IMG/VR virus record: IMGVR_UViG_3300020451_001669
Location: 1-62,849 of that record
Source of the DNA: a virus
Taxonomy: Duplodnaviria > Caudoviricetes
Reading direction: 5' to 3' (one strand)
DNA length: 62,849 bases
The notes under the pieces are model-generated. The model had not been told where the DNA came from and did no database searches. It saw only the letters and a program-made list of their open reading frames with translations. Each line of letters opens with the position of its first letter. Position 1 is the first letter of the stretch. The translations under genes were made by a program, and so were the position numbers. Positions 48,350 through 58,600 of the stretch are shown piece after piece.

Positions 48350-48838
48350 ATGAATCTGACAATCACTCTGCGAGAACTATCTCCGATTATTCAAAGTCTC
48401 AACAGCTTTGTGCAGGTACCGCTTCCTGCCAAATACTCATGGAGACTCGGCAAGGTCATGAAGAAGCTTCAGGCTGAAGTTGACGAGTTTACCAAGAGCA
48501 GAACCGCTTTGTTTGAGAAGTATGGCGAGCAAATCGAGGAAGAGAACAGGGCAAACCTGCCTCCGGGCACGCCTCCAGGCAAGCAGTTCAAGATCAAAGA
48601 AGAGAACATGGAGGTCTTTAGTCAGGAGCTTGAGGAGTTGCTCTCTGAGTCAATAACCATCAGTTTTGACCCGATCCCGCTTTCTCTTGTCGAGGGATCG
48701 TCTATGACTATCGCTGATATGGCAAATCTTGAAGTCTTCTTTGAAGATGACGAGCATCCTGCAGAAACGGATGTTGTTGAGCAAATTGCAACTCCGTCTG
48801 AGTCTGAAGAGGAAACCGAAGCAGTTTCCTCGAAGTGA
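48350..48838 (+). CDS. Phage hypothetical protein (DUF1617-like)
   Basis: AAGGA RBS; LP.K.SW.L.K..K.L......F...R..L.EKYG...IK.EN...F..EL.ELL. Confidence 0.65.
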   Translation: MNLTITLRELSPIIQSLNSFVQVPLPAKYSWRLGKVMKKLQAEVDEFTKSRTALFEKYGEQIEEENRANLPPGTPPGKQFKIKEENMEVFSQELEELLSESITISFDPIPLSLVEGSSMTIADMANLEVFFEDDEHPAETDVVEQIATPSESEEETEAVSSK

Positions 48839-48892
48839 TAACTTGTAATGTCGCTGCAGTAGCGACTTGTATTTACGAAAGGGGTACATACC

Positions 48893-48988
48893 ATGTCTAG
48901 TTGTCCATTTACCGCCGAAAACAGAAACTCCGCCCCCCAGGTACAAGATAAGCGAATTATGCTCCTCTCCGGAGGGCTCGTTAGCTAA
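48893..48988 (+). CDS. Possible 31-aa peptide MSSCPFTAENRNSAPQVQDKRIMLLSGGLVS
   Basis: AAAGGGG RBS-like sequence upstream; lies inside a structured region. Confidence 0.3.
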   Translation: MSSCPFTAENRNSAPQVQDKRIMLLSGGLVS

Positions 48989-49056
48989 GCCTAGGGCTTG
49001 GCTCAGGAACTCGCGCTAGGGAACTAGCAGCCCCGATTTCGGTTGGGGCCAGAGCA

Positions 49057-49128
49057 GGCGGACGACTCGGCATGGTGTGCAGAGAATCGAGAAACTCGAT
49101 CAGCTAGGTTCGATTCCTAGGTCCGCAG
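49057..49128 (+). ncRNA. tRNA-like element with no canonical anticodon loop
   Basis: GCGGAC/GTCCGC acceptor-like stem, CTC/GAG D-like stem, ATCGAG-AAA-CTCGAT hairpin, canonical T arm CTAGG-TTCGATT-CCTAG; no encoded CCA. Confidence 0.65.
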
Positions 49129-49134
49129 CTTTAG

Positions 49135-49158
49135 TACGGCCCGAAAGGGCCGTATTTC
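49135..49158 (+). terminator. GNRA hairpin / terminator after the tRNA-like element
   Basis: TACGGCCC-GAAA-GGGCCGTA followed by TTTC. Confidence 0.65.
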
Positions 49159-49181
49159 ATGTACTTGTCGATAGACCAGAT

Positions 49182-50591
49182 ATGAAGTTCATCAACTCAA
49201 CTGGCAACTCAGTATACCTCGAAGACATTGATCGTAATGTTCTTTTTGAAGAGGGCAAGATCGAGTCTATCGACGTTGACGACATACTCAAGAGTAACTC
49301 GTTTCAACAGCTTGTTCTTCTTGGGGCATTTGATATTGTCGAGCATGGATCGAGTCGGATTGAGAAAAACTTGGCCCGACTTAGAGCCGAGAGGGATTCC
49401 GAAGGAAAGAATGATGAAACAGAAGATGAGGAGCCACGCATGCCGAGCGGCATAGAACCTGAAGTCATTATCAAGGGCCATTTCTATGAAGCCGGAGGTT
49501 ACGCCAAGGTCAATAGGAACTTGGCATTCGGACTTGCTAAGTCGGGCATCAATGTAGAGATTGATGCAACGAATAAGCTCAAGAGCGACCTTAATGAAAT
49601 CGAGGCTCGGGCACTAAATAGCTTGACTCGCAAGGTTGGCAACAAGGCCATTCGCATTGATAGCATCATCCCTAGTTTCAGCCGTATTAGTCCCAAGATG
49701 CCATATCGCATTCTTTATACGACAATCGAGGCGACCACTGTGCCCGAGCAGACTGTCAATGTTTGCAATGCGTATGATGAGTTATGGGTAACTTCCGATT
49801 TCTGCAAAACGGTTCTCGAAGAGGCAGGAGTAAAAAGGCCGATACTGGTCATGCCTGCAAGCGTTCAAACAAACTTGTATCATGAGAACCATGAAGCTCA
49901 TGAATTTCGTCCCAAGCTCAAAGATTTTGTGTTCGTTAGCCTGTTTGGATGGGGATATCGCAAAGGCTATGATGCCCTCCTGAGAGCTTATCTTGAAGAG
50001 TTTGATGGCGACGATGATGTTTCTCTCCTGATTGTTAGTCGATATCAGCAATCCTCAAAACGCTCTGATGTCATACGTCAGGAGATTGAGAAGTTCATAA
50101 AGAAGTATGGCAAAGGTAATCCGGCTCATATAGCTCGATGCAGTAGGGTCATTCCTGAGCATGAGTTGCCTCGCATTTACAAAGCTTGCGATGCGTTTGT
50201 CCTTCCTTCTCGCGGAGAAGGATTTGGACTTCCATACTGCGAGGCCTCTCTCTGCGGGCTGCCTGTTATAGCTACAAATCACAGCGGTCAGACGATGTTC
50301 TTGAATAAAGACAACAGTAGTTTGGTCGATATAGATACATTAGCAAAGGTGACTCCTGGCAGTTCCCATGTTCATTATTGGGACAATCAGATGATGCCAT
50401 CGTTGAAAAGCAACGCATTCATTCAGGACTTGGGTTCTGCAATGAGAGATGTCTACGAAAACTATGATGAAGCATGCAAAAAGAACAAGCTCTTGCAGTC
50501 TGATTTGCGAGAGAGCTACTCGTTCTCCGTAAACGCAGAAAGAGCGTCAAAGAGGTTGAAAGAGATATGGCAAGAGGTACGACCAAGCTAG
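49182..50591 (+). CDS. GT4-family (GT-B) glycosyltransferase with an N-terminal extra domain (likely start 49182)
   Basis: RKGYDALLRAY.EEF, YKACDAFVLPSRGEGFGLP..EA..CGLPVIAT. Confidence 0.88.
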   Translation: MKFINSTGNSVYLEDIDRNVLFEEGKIESIDVDDILKSNSFQQLVLLGAFDIVEHGSSRIEKNLARLRAERDSEGKNDETEDEEPRMPSGIEPEVIIKGHFYEAGGYAKVNRNLAFGLAKSGINVEIDATNKLKSDLNEIEARALNSLTRKVGNKAIRIDSIIPSFSRISPKMPYRILYTTIEATTVPEQTVNVCNAYDELWVTSDFCKTVLEEAGVKRPILVMPASVQTNLYHENHEAHEFRPKLKDFVFVSLFGWGYRKGYDALLRAYLEEFDGDDDVSLLIVSRYQQSSKRSDVIRQEIEKFIKKYGKGNPAHIARCSRVIPEHELPRIYKACDAFVLPSRGEGFGLPYCEASLCGLPVIATNHSGQTMFLNKDNSSLVDIDTLAKVTPGSSHVHYWDNQMMPSLKSNAFIQDLGSAMRDVYENYDEACKKNKLLQSDLRESYSFSVNAERASKRLKEIWQEVRPS

Positions 50592-51268
50592 TATTCGTTG
50601 ATGCTGAAAACCAGCAGATCAGAATTATTGACAACGAAGTCAGACTCTATGGATGGAATGAAATACAGCAAGTAGCCGATGAAATATCCGGCTCGGAAGT
50701 TCTGTATATTACCTCTCTTGATAGGGTCAACGGCACGGACATCGTTGAGATGCTATCAGAGCATACCGGCAAAAGATATGTCGCTCCGGTCCGAACTGGC
50801 AGAAAGTATCTGCATACCTCGAAGCCCGGTAAGGTTATCGTTCCTCATGAAGACTCTGACTATGAGCCGCTTGTTTTTGATAGCCCGATTGACTTCAAGC
50901 CTTTCTCAGAAAAACTCTATACCATGTTTCCGACTCTCCGTCGATACATGGAACTCGACCGTATTGAGATAGTCGATGAAGGAGATATGCCGAGAATTCG
51001 CAAAGAATATAACAGCAAGGTGGGAGAAGTCAAGCGAAGGCAGCAGAGCGCTAAAGATCAGTCTCTAGATTCGATTCTCGTTCAAGATAGCGCAAAGAGA
51101 ATCATTGATCGCATTGAGAATGAGGGCTACTCGGATGGACTTGATTCCGAGGAGCTTGATATCACAGATGATGTTAATGCTGCCGAGGACGGCCTTGCTG
51201 AGGAAAGCGACTTTTTTAGGACAGCAAAGGAAGCTGGCATAGACATAGACAATATGGATGAAGAATGA
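50567..51268 (+). CDS. Hypothetical protein with acidic tail
   Basis: Within the operon. Confidence 0.65.
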   Translation: MARGTTKLVFVDAENQQIRIIDNEVRLYGWNEIQQVADEISGSEVLYITSLDRVNGTDIVEMLSEHTGKRYVAPVRTGRKYLHTSKPGKVIVPHEDSDYEPLVFDSPIDFKPFSEKLYTMFPTLRRYMELDRIEIVDEGDMPRIRKEYNSKVGEVKRRQQSAKDQSLDSILVQDSAKRIIDRIENEGYSDGLDSEELDITDDVNAAEDGLAEESDFFRTAKEAGIDIDNMDEE

Positions 51269-52017
51269 CAACAGCAGTAATCTTACAATACGGTTCTCCT
51301 TGGATTAGCCTTGCGTCCACGACGTTGATCAAGGCTATGCACAAGAAGCATAAGAAGCTATCTCTTGATTGGGCAACCGACCAAGAGAGCTACTGTCTGT
51401 TTCAGCACAACTCTCGTATCAGAGATTTGATGGTTGGCTATGGACCTTTCCATAACCAATACGACATTGCGATCAACCTAAGCCCAACGGCAGAAGCCTG
51501 TTCCGTAATTATGGATATTGATGCTGATTGCAAACTGGGTTTTGGGGATATCGCAGGCGAAATCGGCTGCTTCAATACCGAAGCAGAAGAGGGACTAAGC
51601 GTCTTGAAGGACGGAGCTACTTCCGAGCGCCATATACTGCAGATTTTGTTTCGCATTGCAGGCCTTCGATGGAGGGGTGATGGCTACGACCTGGCTTATT
51701 ACCCAAAGAACAAGATGAAGAGAGGCAAGACCGGCATTGCCATTGGAGATGATGATCTCAGGAGATATGTGAAAGACAATCTCAACTTGAGCCAATCAGA
51801 ACTTTGGCATGTTCCGCTAAAGCAAAACCTTCTGAAGCGAATAGATGAGATCAATCGTTGTAAGCGGATTGTTACAGACGATCTGTTTGCTGCTCACGCA
51901 TCTATTGCTATGAGAAAGCATGTTGAGTTTCTTGATAAGAACGGCCTGAATATCCACATGGAGTTTTTCGGAAACGGAAACCATATCAGGCTCAATCATG
52001 AAAACAAAGACATATAA
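51265..52017 (+). CDS. GT9 (heptosyltransferase)-like protein, divergent
   Basis: LASTTLIKAM.KK.....LDW......LFQHN.RI; YDIAINL; IN.C..IVTDD. Confidence 0.55.
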   Translation: MTTAVILQYGSPWISLASTTLIKAMHKKHKKLSLDWATDQESYCLFQHNSRIRDLMVGYGPFHNQYDIAINLSPTAEACSVIMDIDADCKLGFGDIAGEIGCFNTEAEEGLSVLKDGATSERHILQILFRIAGLRWRGDGYDLAYYPKNKMKRGKTGIAIGDDDLRRYVKDNLNLSQSELWHVPLKQNLLKRIDEINRCKRIVTDDLFAAHASIAMRKHVEFLDKNGLNIHMEFFGNGNHIRLNHENKDI

Positions 52018-52810
52018 GTGCCGAAAGCCAAATCCTAGACATGCAATAGCTTCTCTTAAAAAGCCAGCAAACTATTCATTGAGTAAGTTCGGCTTTAGGG
52101 GACTAAGCGGAGACGGTTTAGGAGTTAAGATATGCGTCATCGATACGGGCAGACCTAATACCAGTTTCATAAAGACGCCAGCTAATAACGCAATCGATTT
52201 CACCGAAACCTCTGTTTATGACTCCCATGGTCATGCAACAGGAGTTGCCGGTATGATGGTTGCCCGGTCTCCGGGTAACATGACAGGTTTGATTCCTCAA
52301 GCAAGCGTCATTTACGCCAAGGCGATAAAGGATGACGGCAAGGGCGACCACGGAGCGGTTCAGGCTTCTATCCTCTATGCTATCGTTCAAGGCGTAGACA
52401 TCATTGTTATGTCGTTTGGATGCGAGTCTGCTCATCCTTCTCTAAGGGATGCAATAGCCAAGGCTTACAATAATGACATCTGCCTCATAGCTGCCGCTGG
52501 TAATGGCGGATCAAACACGAAAGATGCCGACTTTCCCGCAAGGCTACCTGAAGTATTGTCAGTAGGGCTGAAGAACTCTAAGGGCAAGAACGTGCAATCC
52601 CCATCGTCGGATGCCCCGGCCATTGATATTTCCGCAGATGGGCTATACACAACCTATCTGGATGACCGATTCATAAAGATGGGAGGTTCTAGTATTGCTG
52701 CTCCAATCGTAGCTTCAGCAGCAGCATGCGTAATACAGCGTCAGAAGGGCAAAAACGTCAAGCTGAAAGCCTCGGATGTTTATGAACAAGTTATGCATTC
52801 TGCAACTTGA
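51998..52810 (+). CDS. Subtilisin-like (S8) serine protease
   Basis: VIDTG (Asp), HGHATGVAG (His), AAAGN, GGSSIAAP (Ser). Confidence 0.85.
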   Translation: MKTKTYKCRKPNPRHAIASLKKPANYSLSKFGFRGLSGDGLGVKICVIDTGRPNTSFIKTPANNAIDFTETSVYDSHGHATGVAGMMVARSPGNMTGLIPQASVIYAKAIKDDGKGDHGAVQASILYAIVQGVDIIVMSFGCESAHPSLRDAIAKAYNNDICLIAAAGNGGSNTKDADFPARLPEVLSVGLKNSKGKNVQSPSSDAPAIDISADGLYTTYLDDRFIKMGGSSIAAPIVASAAACVIQRQKGKNVKLKASDVYEQVMHSAT

Positions 52811-52860
52811 AAAACGAGGTTTGAGGGCCTTTCTGATGGAATACAGAGTCGGAGACTTCT

Positions 52861-54639
52861 ATGCCCAATGTACCTCGTCGAAGAATAAGCGAAGATTCCG
52901 GACCTGTTGACGCCTCTGATGTCACTTATGCTCCGATCGATCTGACTGATTGGGATAACGACCAGGATCCCGGCAACGTAGATGATGCGCTCGATGAGCT
53001 TGCAGATAGAACCGCCACAAACGAAGATCTCTTGAACGAACTGTTGCCCGCCGAAGCTCCCGCCCTTTCTAATATGTCAACCGATGATGTCGGCGTATCC
53101 GCTCGACTCTCTTTTGGGCCAACTGCTTCAAGTAACCCGCCAGGCTACACGAATCATCCGACCCTTGATGTCGGAGACCTCTTCAATACGACATCTCCAA
53201 ACAGGGGCGTCATTTCTGATTCGCGAGATTTGGAAGGGACGCTCGCTGACAGCGTAACGGCTGATAGTTCAGGCTCGTATCCGGCTGATGCGTTCGGTCC
53301 GGGCAATGAGGGAACGCTTGCCTTGGTTGTAAATGGATCGACTGTTCATAGCGTTGATCTCAGTTCTTTCGGTAGCGGGGCATCCGTCAACGCAAACCTA
53401 AGCGGCTTTACTTTGAGCGCCTCGACTGCTGTTCAGTTCCCAAGCGGTTCTCCATTCAGCGGTCGCCAATACAGAACGGGCACCTGGATAGTCAAGGCAG
53501 CGGATCTTCGTAATGGCTACAACACTGTTCAGGTAACTCATACAACAAGCGGAACAAGCTCAACAGAAGAATACGTCTACATTGTAGATGATGATTCTAC
53601 CGCTACAGTTATCAACGACTTGGCCTGGAGCGGCCTATCAACGAGCGGTAGCAAGTATCTATCTGGCGTTGAGTATCATACTGATGCCTCAGCCGATTTG
53701 ACCGCAGATATAGCCAATGCGTATCGTAAGACATATTCAAACGGCAATGCCATTTCGTATCCAAACCCAAACAACTGCTCTCTGAGTTCTCAAGCTCTAC
53801 CTAACCCCGGAGCAGACGGCTACACGGACTTCTTGGATGATATTTCTCAGTCCGCGAGTTTGAATGCTACAAGGATCATTACTGGTCTTACGACTTATGA
53901 TGGCTTCAGAGCCAGAGTCCGATGCACAAGACCTTTGCTAGCAACGATTACTTCATCTTATCTCGAAGGTTTCAAGCTGCTCATAGACAGGCAATCCGCG
54001 ACAAGCGGAAATTTGTCGAACGATTTCAATGACGAAGATTACCGAATACCAAGCAATGCGAACTTCGACAATAACCTTAGTTCTACTTGGGATGAGACGA
54101 TATCGCTTGTTTCTGCTACCATCGGATACTCGGATGGGCTTCAGACCATCAATGGCGGGCTAAGTTACCCAACCCTTGATTTTTCTACCTCTACGGTAAC
54201 TGATGGCCCGGCGGGCAATCCTGACTATTCTTCTGCAAGCGGAACAAGGTATTACTACGGGTATTTCACTAATGGAACAGGATCAGCTAACTTCCGCTTG
54301 ACTCTAAACGGTTCTGGCGTTCAGGTTATACCGGAGGCTACAGCTTTTAGCGGCGCTGACGAAATCAAGATATCAATCAAGCTACCTCAGGGAGCTGGCA
54401 GCGGAACAGGCTGGCTTGATATTACTCAGCCGTTTGTTGAACCAAACTTCAACGACGGCGATGGATGCTATGCGGCTACTTTTGGAAATGACCAGACAAT
54501 ACCAAGTACGAACTGGGGTCTGAGCGTCGGAACGCGCAATACTGCTAACTCCTATGATAAGGTCTACTACCGTATAACGGCTCCAAGCACTTTTACCGGA
54601 AGTCTGACCGAAATCAGCATTGAATGGGCGGTTGTCTAA
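52861..54639 (+). CDS. Ser/Thr/Gly-rich beta structural protein
   Basis: Composition and position in the fibre cluster. Confidence 0.65.
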   Translation: MPNVPRRRISEDSGPVDASDVTYAPIDLTDWDNDQDPGNVDDALDELADRTATNEDLLNELLPAEAPALSNMSTDDVGVSARLSFGPTASSNPPGYTNHPTLDVGDLFNTTSPNRGVISDSRDLEGTLADSVTADSSGSYPADAFGPGNEGTLALVVNGSTVHSVDLSSFGSGASVNANLSGFTLSASTAVQFPSGSPFSGRQYRTGTWIVKAADLRNGYNTVQVTHTTSGTSSTEEYVYIVDDDSTATVINDLAWSGLSTSGSKYLSGVEYHTDASADLTADIANAYRKTYSNGNAISYPNPNNCSLSSQALPNPGADGYTDFLDDISQSASLNATRIITGLTTYDGFRARVRCTRPLLATITSSYLEGFKLLIDRQSATSGNLSNDFNDEDYRIPSNANFDNNLSSTWDETISLVSATIGYSDGLQTINGGLSYPTLDFSTSTVTDGPAGNPDYSSASGTRYYYGYFTNGTGSANFRLTLNGSGVQVIPEATAFSGADEIKISIKLPQGAGSGTGWLDITQPFVEPNFNDGDGCYAATFGNDQTIPSTNWGLSVGTRNTANSYDKVYYRITAPSTFTGSLTEISIEWAVV

Positions 54640-54642
54640 GAT

Positions 54643-55599
54643 ATGGCTCTTGACGCACAATCTGAACGCAATATTGCTCTGAAGAAGCTGTTTGCGAAAG
54701 CCCATACGGGCAACACGAAGGGCGTGCCCAACGAGAGCATTGCTTCGCAGATTTCTATTGCCGCGAATCAGATTATTGGACAGTCCATCGACTCTGATCC
54801 TGCTCAGGCGGTTGCTGATGGGGTAGCCGAAGTTATTGAAGTTGATCTTGTCCTTGACGGAACATCGAATGGTAAATCGTATCGAGCCCATTTTCCGTCT
54901 GCCTACAGCGGAGCTTTTGGAGCAGGAGTGGCAGGCGATCCGGTCGGAGAGTCAACTTTTGCGATTCCGTTCTTCTATAACAATGTCGGCGTTGAGCTAG
55001 ACAACTCAGGAGGATATACAGCCAGACTTTTCGATAACGGGAGCGAGGTCTTCGCAGTTGATTCTAGGGACTGGGTGTTCGATCCATTTGCTGTTCTGAT
55101 AACCTCAGAAGAGGATTTGAATCTATCGACAACGGGCACGATGTATTTGTATGTCTATACCGGAGACACGGTTCAAGACCATATAGATGCCCAAGATAAC
55201 CCTCACAACGTCACTGCAAGGCAGGTCGGAGGTATTACTGAATGGCAGTCCAGTACGGGTTACGAGATAGGCGATATCATCTATATAGATCGAACCTCGT
55301 CTTATGGAGACGCCAATTTTACAAATAGCATCTACGTCTGTATTTCTGATCATACGTCAGATGGCTCAAGCTTTTTCAACGATCAGGCAAACTGGAAGGT
55401 TCTAAACTCTGGATATGAACACGTTCAGAGCGTGGCCTCTACTAGCTGGCAGGTCGATCATAGCTTAGGGAGGTTTCCTTCAGTTATGGTCACGAACTCT
55501 TCTGATGTGCTAATCGACGGCGAAGTAGAACACTCAAACACCAACAGACTTTTTGTCAGGTTCAATAAGCCTTTGACAGGAAGGGTCTATTGTACCTAA
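54643..55599 (+). CDS. Structural protein with CBM5/12-like segment and fibre C-terminal motif
   Basis: EWQSSTGYEIGDII...YVC..DHTS; HVQ..AS..W...H.LG..PSV. Confidence 0.6.
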   Translation: MALDAQSERNIALKKLFAKAHTGNTKGVPNESIASQISIAANQIIGQSIDSDPAQAVADGVAEVIEVDLVLDGTSNGKSYRAHFPSAYSGAFGAGVAGDPVGESTFAIPFFYNNVGVELDNSGGYTARLFDNGSEVFAVDSRDWVFDPFAVLITSEEDLNLSTTGTMYLYVYTGDTVQDHIDAQDNPHNVTARQVGGITEWQSSTGYEIGDIIYIDRTSSYGDANFTNSIYVCISDHTSDGSSFFNDQANWKVLNSGYEHVQSVASTSWQVDHSLGRFPSVMVTNSSDVLIDGEVEHSNTNRLFVRFNKPLTGRVYCT

Positions 55600-55615
55600 A
55601 TAGTAGGAAGTATAC

Positions 55616-58600
55616 ATGGCTAGTCGCTCATTTTTCGCAGACATCAATCTAGACCAGAACGAGCTTCAGTTTGCCGTTCTGCATTCCCTTGCTTCCGCTC
55701 CAAGTAGTGGCACTGAAGTAGAGGGTCAGATATACTACGACACCGGTTCAAACACGCCGTTCTTCTGGAACGGTTCTGCCTGGACTTCTATGTCTTCTGC
55801 TGCGGCGTCCTCAGTTCCCTGGTCAGGCGTTACGTCAGGAACCAATACAAACCAGACGCTTGTTGTTGGATCGAATACCATATTCCTAATCGGCGACGGC
55901 ACCCTTGAGTTTGAAGGCGCTGGCGCGGGAGATATGACGCTAGGTACGAACCTGACCGGAGCGACCGATAGGACCGTTAATCTTCCAGATGTGTCCGCCA
56001 CGTCAACGCTCATAGCCTCAAGCGATACTCCTGCTGCAGATCAGTTTGTCGTTGCGACCGGCTCTACTGAGGGCATTGTTGAATATCGAGTCATTGCTAA
56101 CTCCGACATCGCAGGAATATTGGCTCTTGACGACCTAACGGATGTCGTCATTACATCGCCAGCCAACCCTTCGTACCTAAGATATAATGGTTCCAACTGG
56201 ATCGACGTTACGGCTGCGACCGTTGCGTCTGATGTCAATGGCTCTTTGGATCACGGAAGCTTGACTGGTCTGACTGATGATGACCACAGTCAGTATGTCT
56301 ATGATTCGCCAACCTCAAGCTCAAGAAACCTTGTTACCGCTGCGAATGCCACAACGATTCCGCTTACTCTCCGAGGGGCTTCTTCTCATTCGGCTGAGTT
56401 GTTTGTTGTTGAGAATAGCGGCGGAACCGATTTGTTCTTCATTGCCGCAGATGGAGACCTAACAGCCAGAGGCAGTATTAAAGGCGGCGGTTCTGCCGGT
56501 ACTGCTGATAGCACAGCGTTTATCCTTGACAACTCTGGTATTGGCGGCGGTCCAAGAACCTTTACATTCCCAAACTCTAGCGGCGAAATCATTACAAATA
56601 ATGCTGCTCAGAATATCTCGGGAACAAAAACCTTTGGTAGCCAAGATATTCGTTTTGAGAGCCTTGTATCCTCTTCTCATGGATGGACGTTCAGCACCTC
56701 CAAATCTTCTGGTAATTTCGATCTCCTCACTGTTCCGCCTATTTCTACCGCTGCAACGCTTCTTGCTACAGCGGACGGAAGCGTAACTGCCGGAGAGTTT
56801 GCGGTTGCATCTAATACGACCGTAGGCGAAATAACATTCAGAGACCTTCAGTCATCGGATTTGCCTGCGATCTCTCTTGATGACCTTTCTGATGTCGTCA
56901 TTACGACACCGGCCAATCCTTCGTATCTAAGATACAACGGTAGCAACTGGATTGATGTTGCTGAGTCTCAGATAGTAACTGATATTGAGTCTTCAATCGA
57001 TCACGGTAGCATTGCCGGTCTGTCTGACGACGATCATACTCAATATGTCATTACCTCTCCTAGCGTATCTACCAGAAATGTTATCGAGAGCAGCAGCAAC
57101 TCTCTTATTGGTCTTTCTCTTGAGTATGACGTTGCCTCTTCTTCTGCCGCATATCGTCCCTGGTTTGAAATACTGGGAGACACGAGTCTATCCGCCAATT
57201 TGTTTAGCGTAGGTATTGGAACAAGCGGATATCAAGTTCTCATAACGGATGCAACGCTAACCGTTGACGGAGCTTCTACTTTTGGTTCTACTGTTGTTAT
57301 CAACGACGTAACAACTCATAACGCCCGAGTCGATATCGATGACAACTCTACTGTCAGATTCTATGACGATGACGATTCAAACTATGTCGCTATAGATGTC
57401 CCTTCTGCGGTAACTTCAAACTATACGCTAACGTTTCCTGATGCTGGGCCTCCAGGAGCCAACTACGTCCTTATGGCGGATGCTAGCGGCGACTTCTCAT
57501 GGGTTGACGGTAGCGGCGTAGCCGTATCGGACCACGGTAGCTTGAGCGGCCTTGGCGACGATGACCATACGCAATACCACACTGATGCTAGAGCTTTGAC
57601 ATGGTTGGGAACCAGAAGCACTAGCGATCTGCCAGAAGGTACTAATCTCTACTACACTGATGAAAGAGTAGATGATCGCGTAGCTTCCTTGATACAAGAC
57701 GGAACGGGCATCACATGGACTTATGATGATGGAGCAAATACGCTAACAGGCAATGTTTCTCTAGCTTCATTTTCGCTGGATGACCTGTCTGACGTAGACA
57801 CGAGCGGGGCTTCTACAAACGATCTTCTACAGTTGAATGGAAGCGGAACTTGGGTTCCGATTGACCCTTCAACTGTCGGTGTAACCGACCACGGTAGCTT
57901 GTCTGGTTTGTCAGATGATGACCATGCACAGTATATCATTGACGATCCTGCGAATAGCTCTCGCAACGTTATTGATCCAACTGCAGATGACACAACGTCA
58001 TTGACCGTTCAGGCTTCAGGAAACTCAGGATCAGCCAGCTTTAACATACTTGAGGTCAATAACTCTGCGGGCTCAAACCTGTTTGCGATTCAAGATCTAT
58101 CAAATTCTTACTATGCAGAGTTTGATTCAACCCTCGATGGCATCCTAGTCAATGCGACAATGACATTCTTGGGAGCCGATATTGAGCTTGTCAATGGTTC
58201 TTCAGAGACAATTACGATACAGCCTCCGGCTTCGGTTACGGATTGGACATTCACTCTACCGGCTGATAGCGGTTCTAGCGGCGAGTTCTTGCAGACAAAC
58301 GGTTCGGGAGTTACGTCATGGGCAACGGCTCTTACATCTGTAGCTCTCGATGATTTGACAGATGTTGTCATTACATCGCCAGCCAACCCTTCGTACCTTC
58401 GCTACAACGGTAGCAACTGGATCGATGTTGCCGCTTCGCAGATAGTTACCGACATCGAATCTTCGATCGATCACGGCTCAATTTCTGGTTTGTCAGATGA
58501 TGACCATGCACAGTACATCACTGACGCACCTACAAACGATACCAGAAACCAGATAGTCGGCAACAACGGACAGAGAATGCTATTGGATGCCACCAATGGC

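Noticed and set aside
48845-49158. Canonical tmRNA or functional tRNA
   Set aside because: The ORF lies outside the tRNA-like domain and does not end in an ALAA-like tag. There is no G3:U70 pair and no 7-nt anticodon loop.
49077-49181. N-terminal extension of the glycosyltransferase shown in the ORF track
   Set aside because: It overlaps the tRNA-like element and hairpin; ATG 49182 is the more plausible start.
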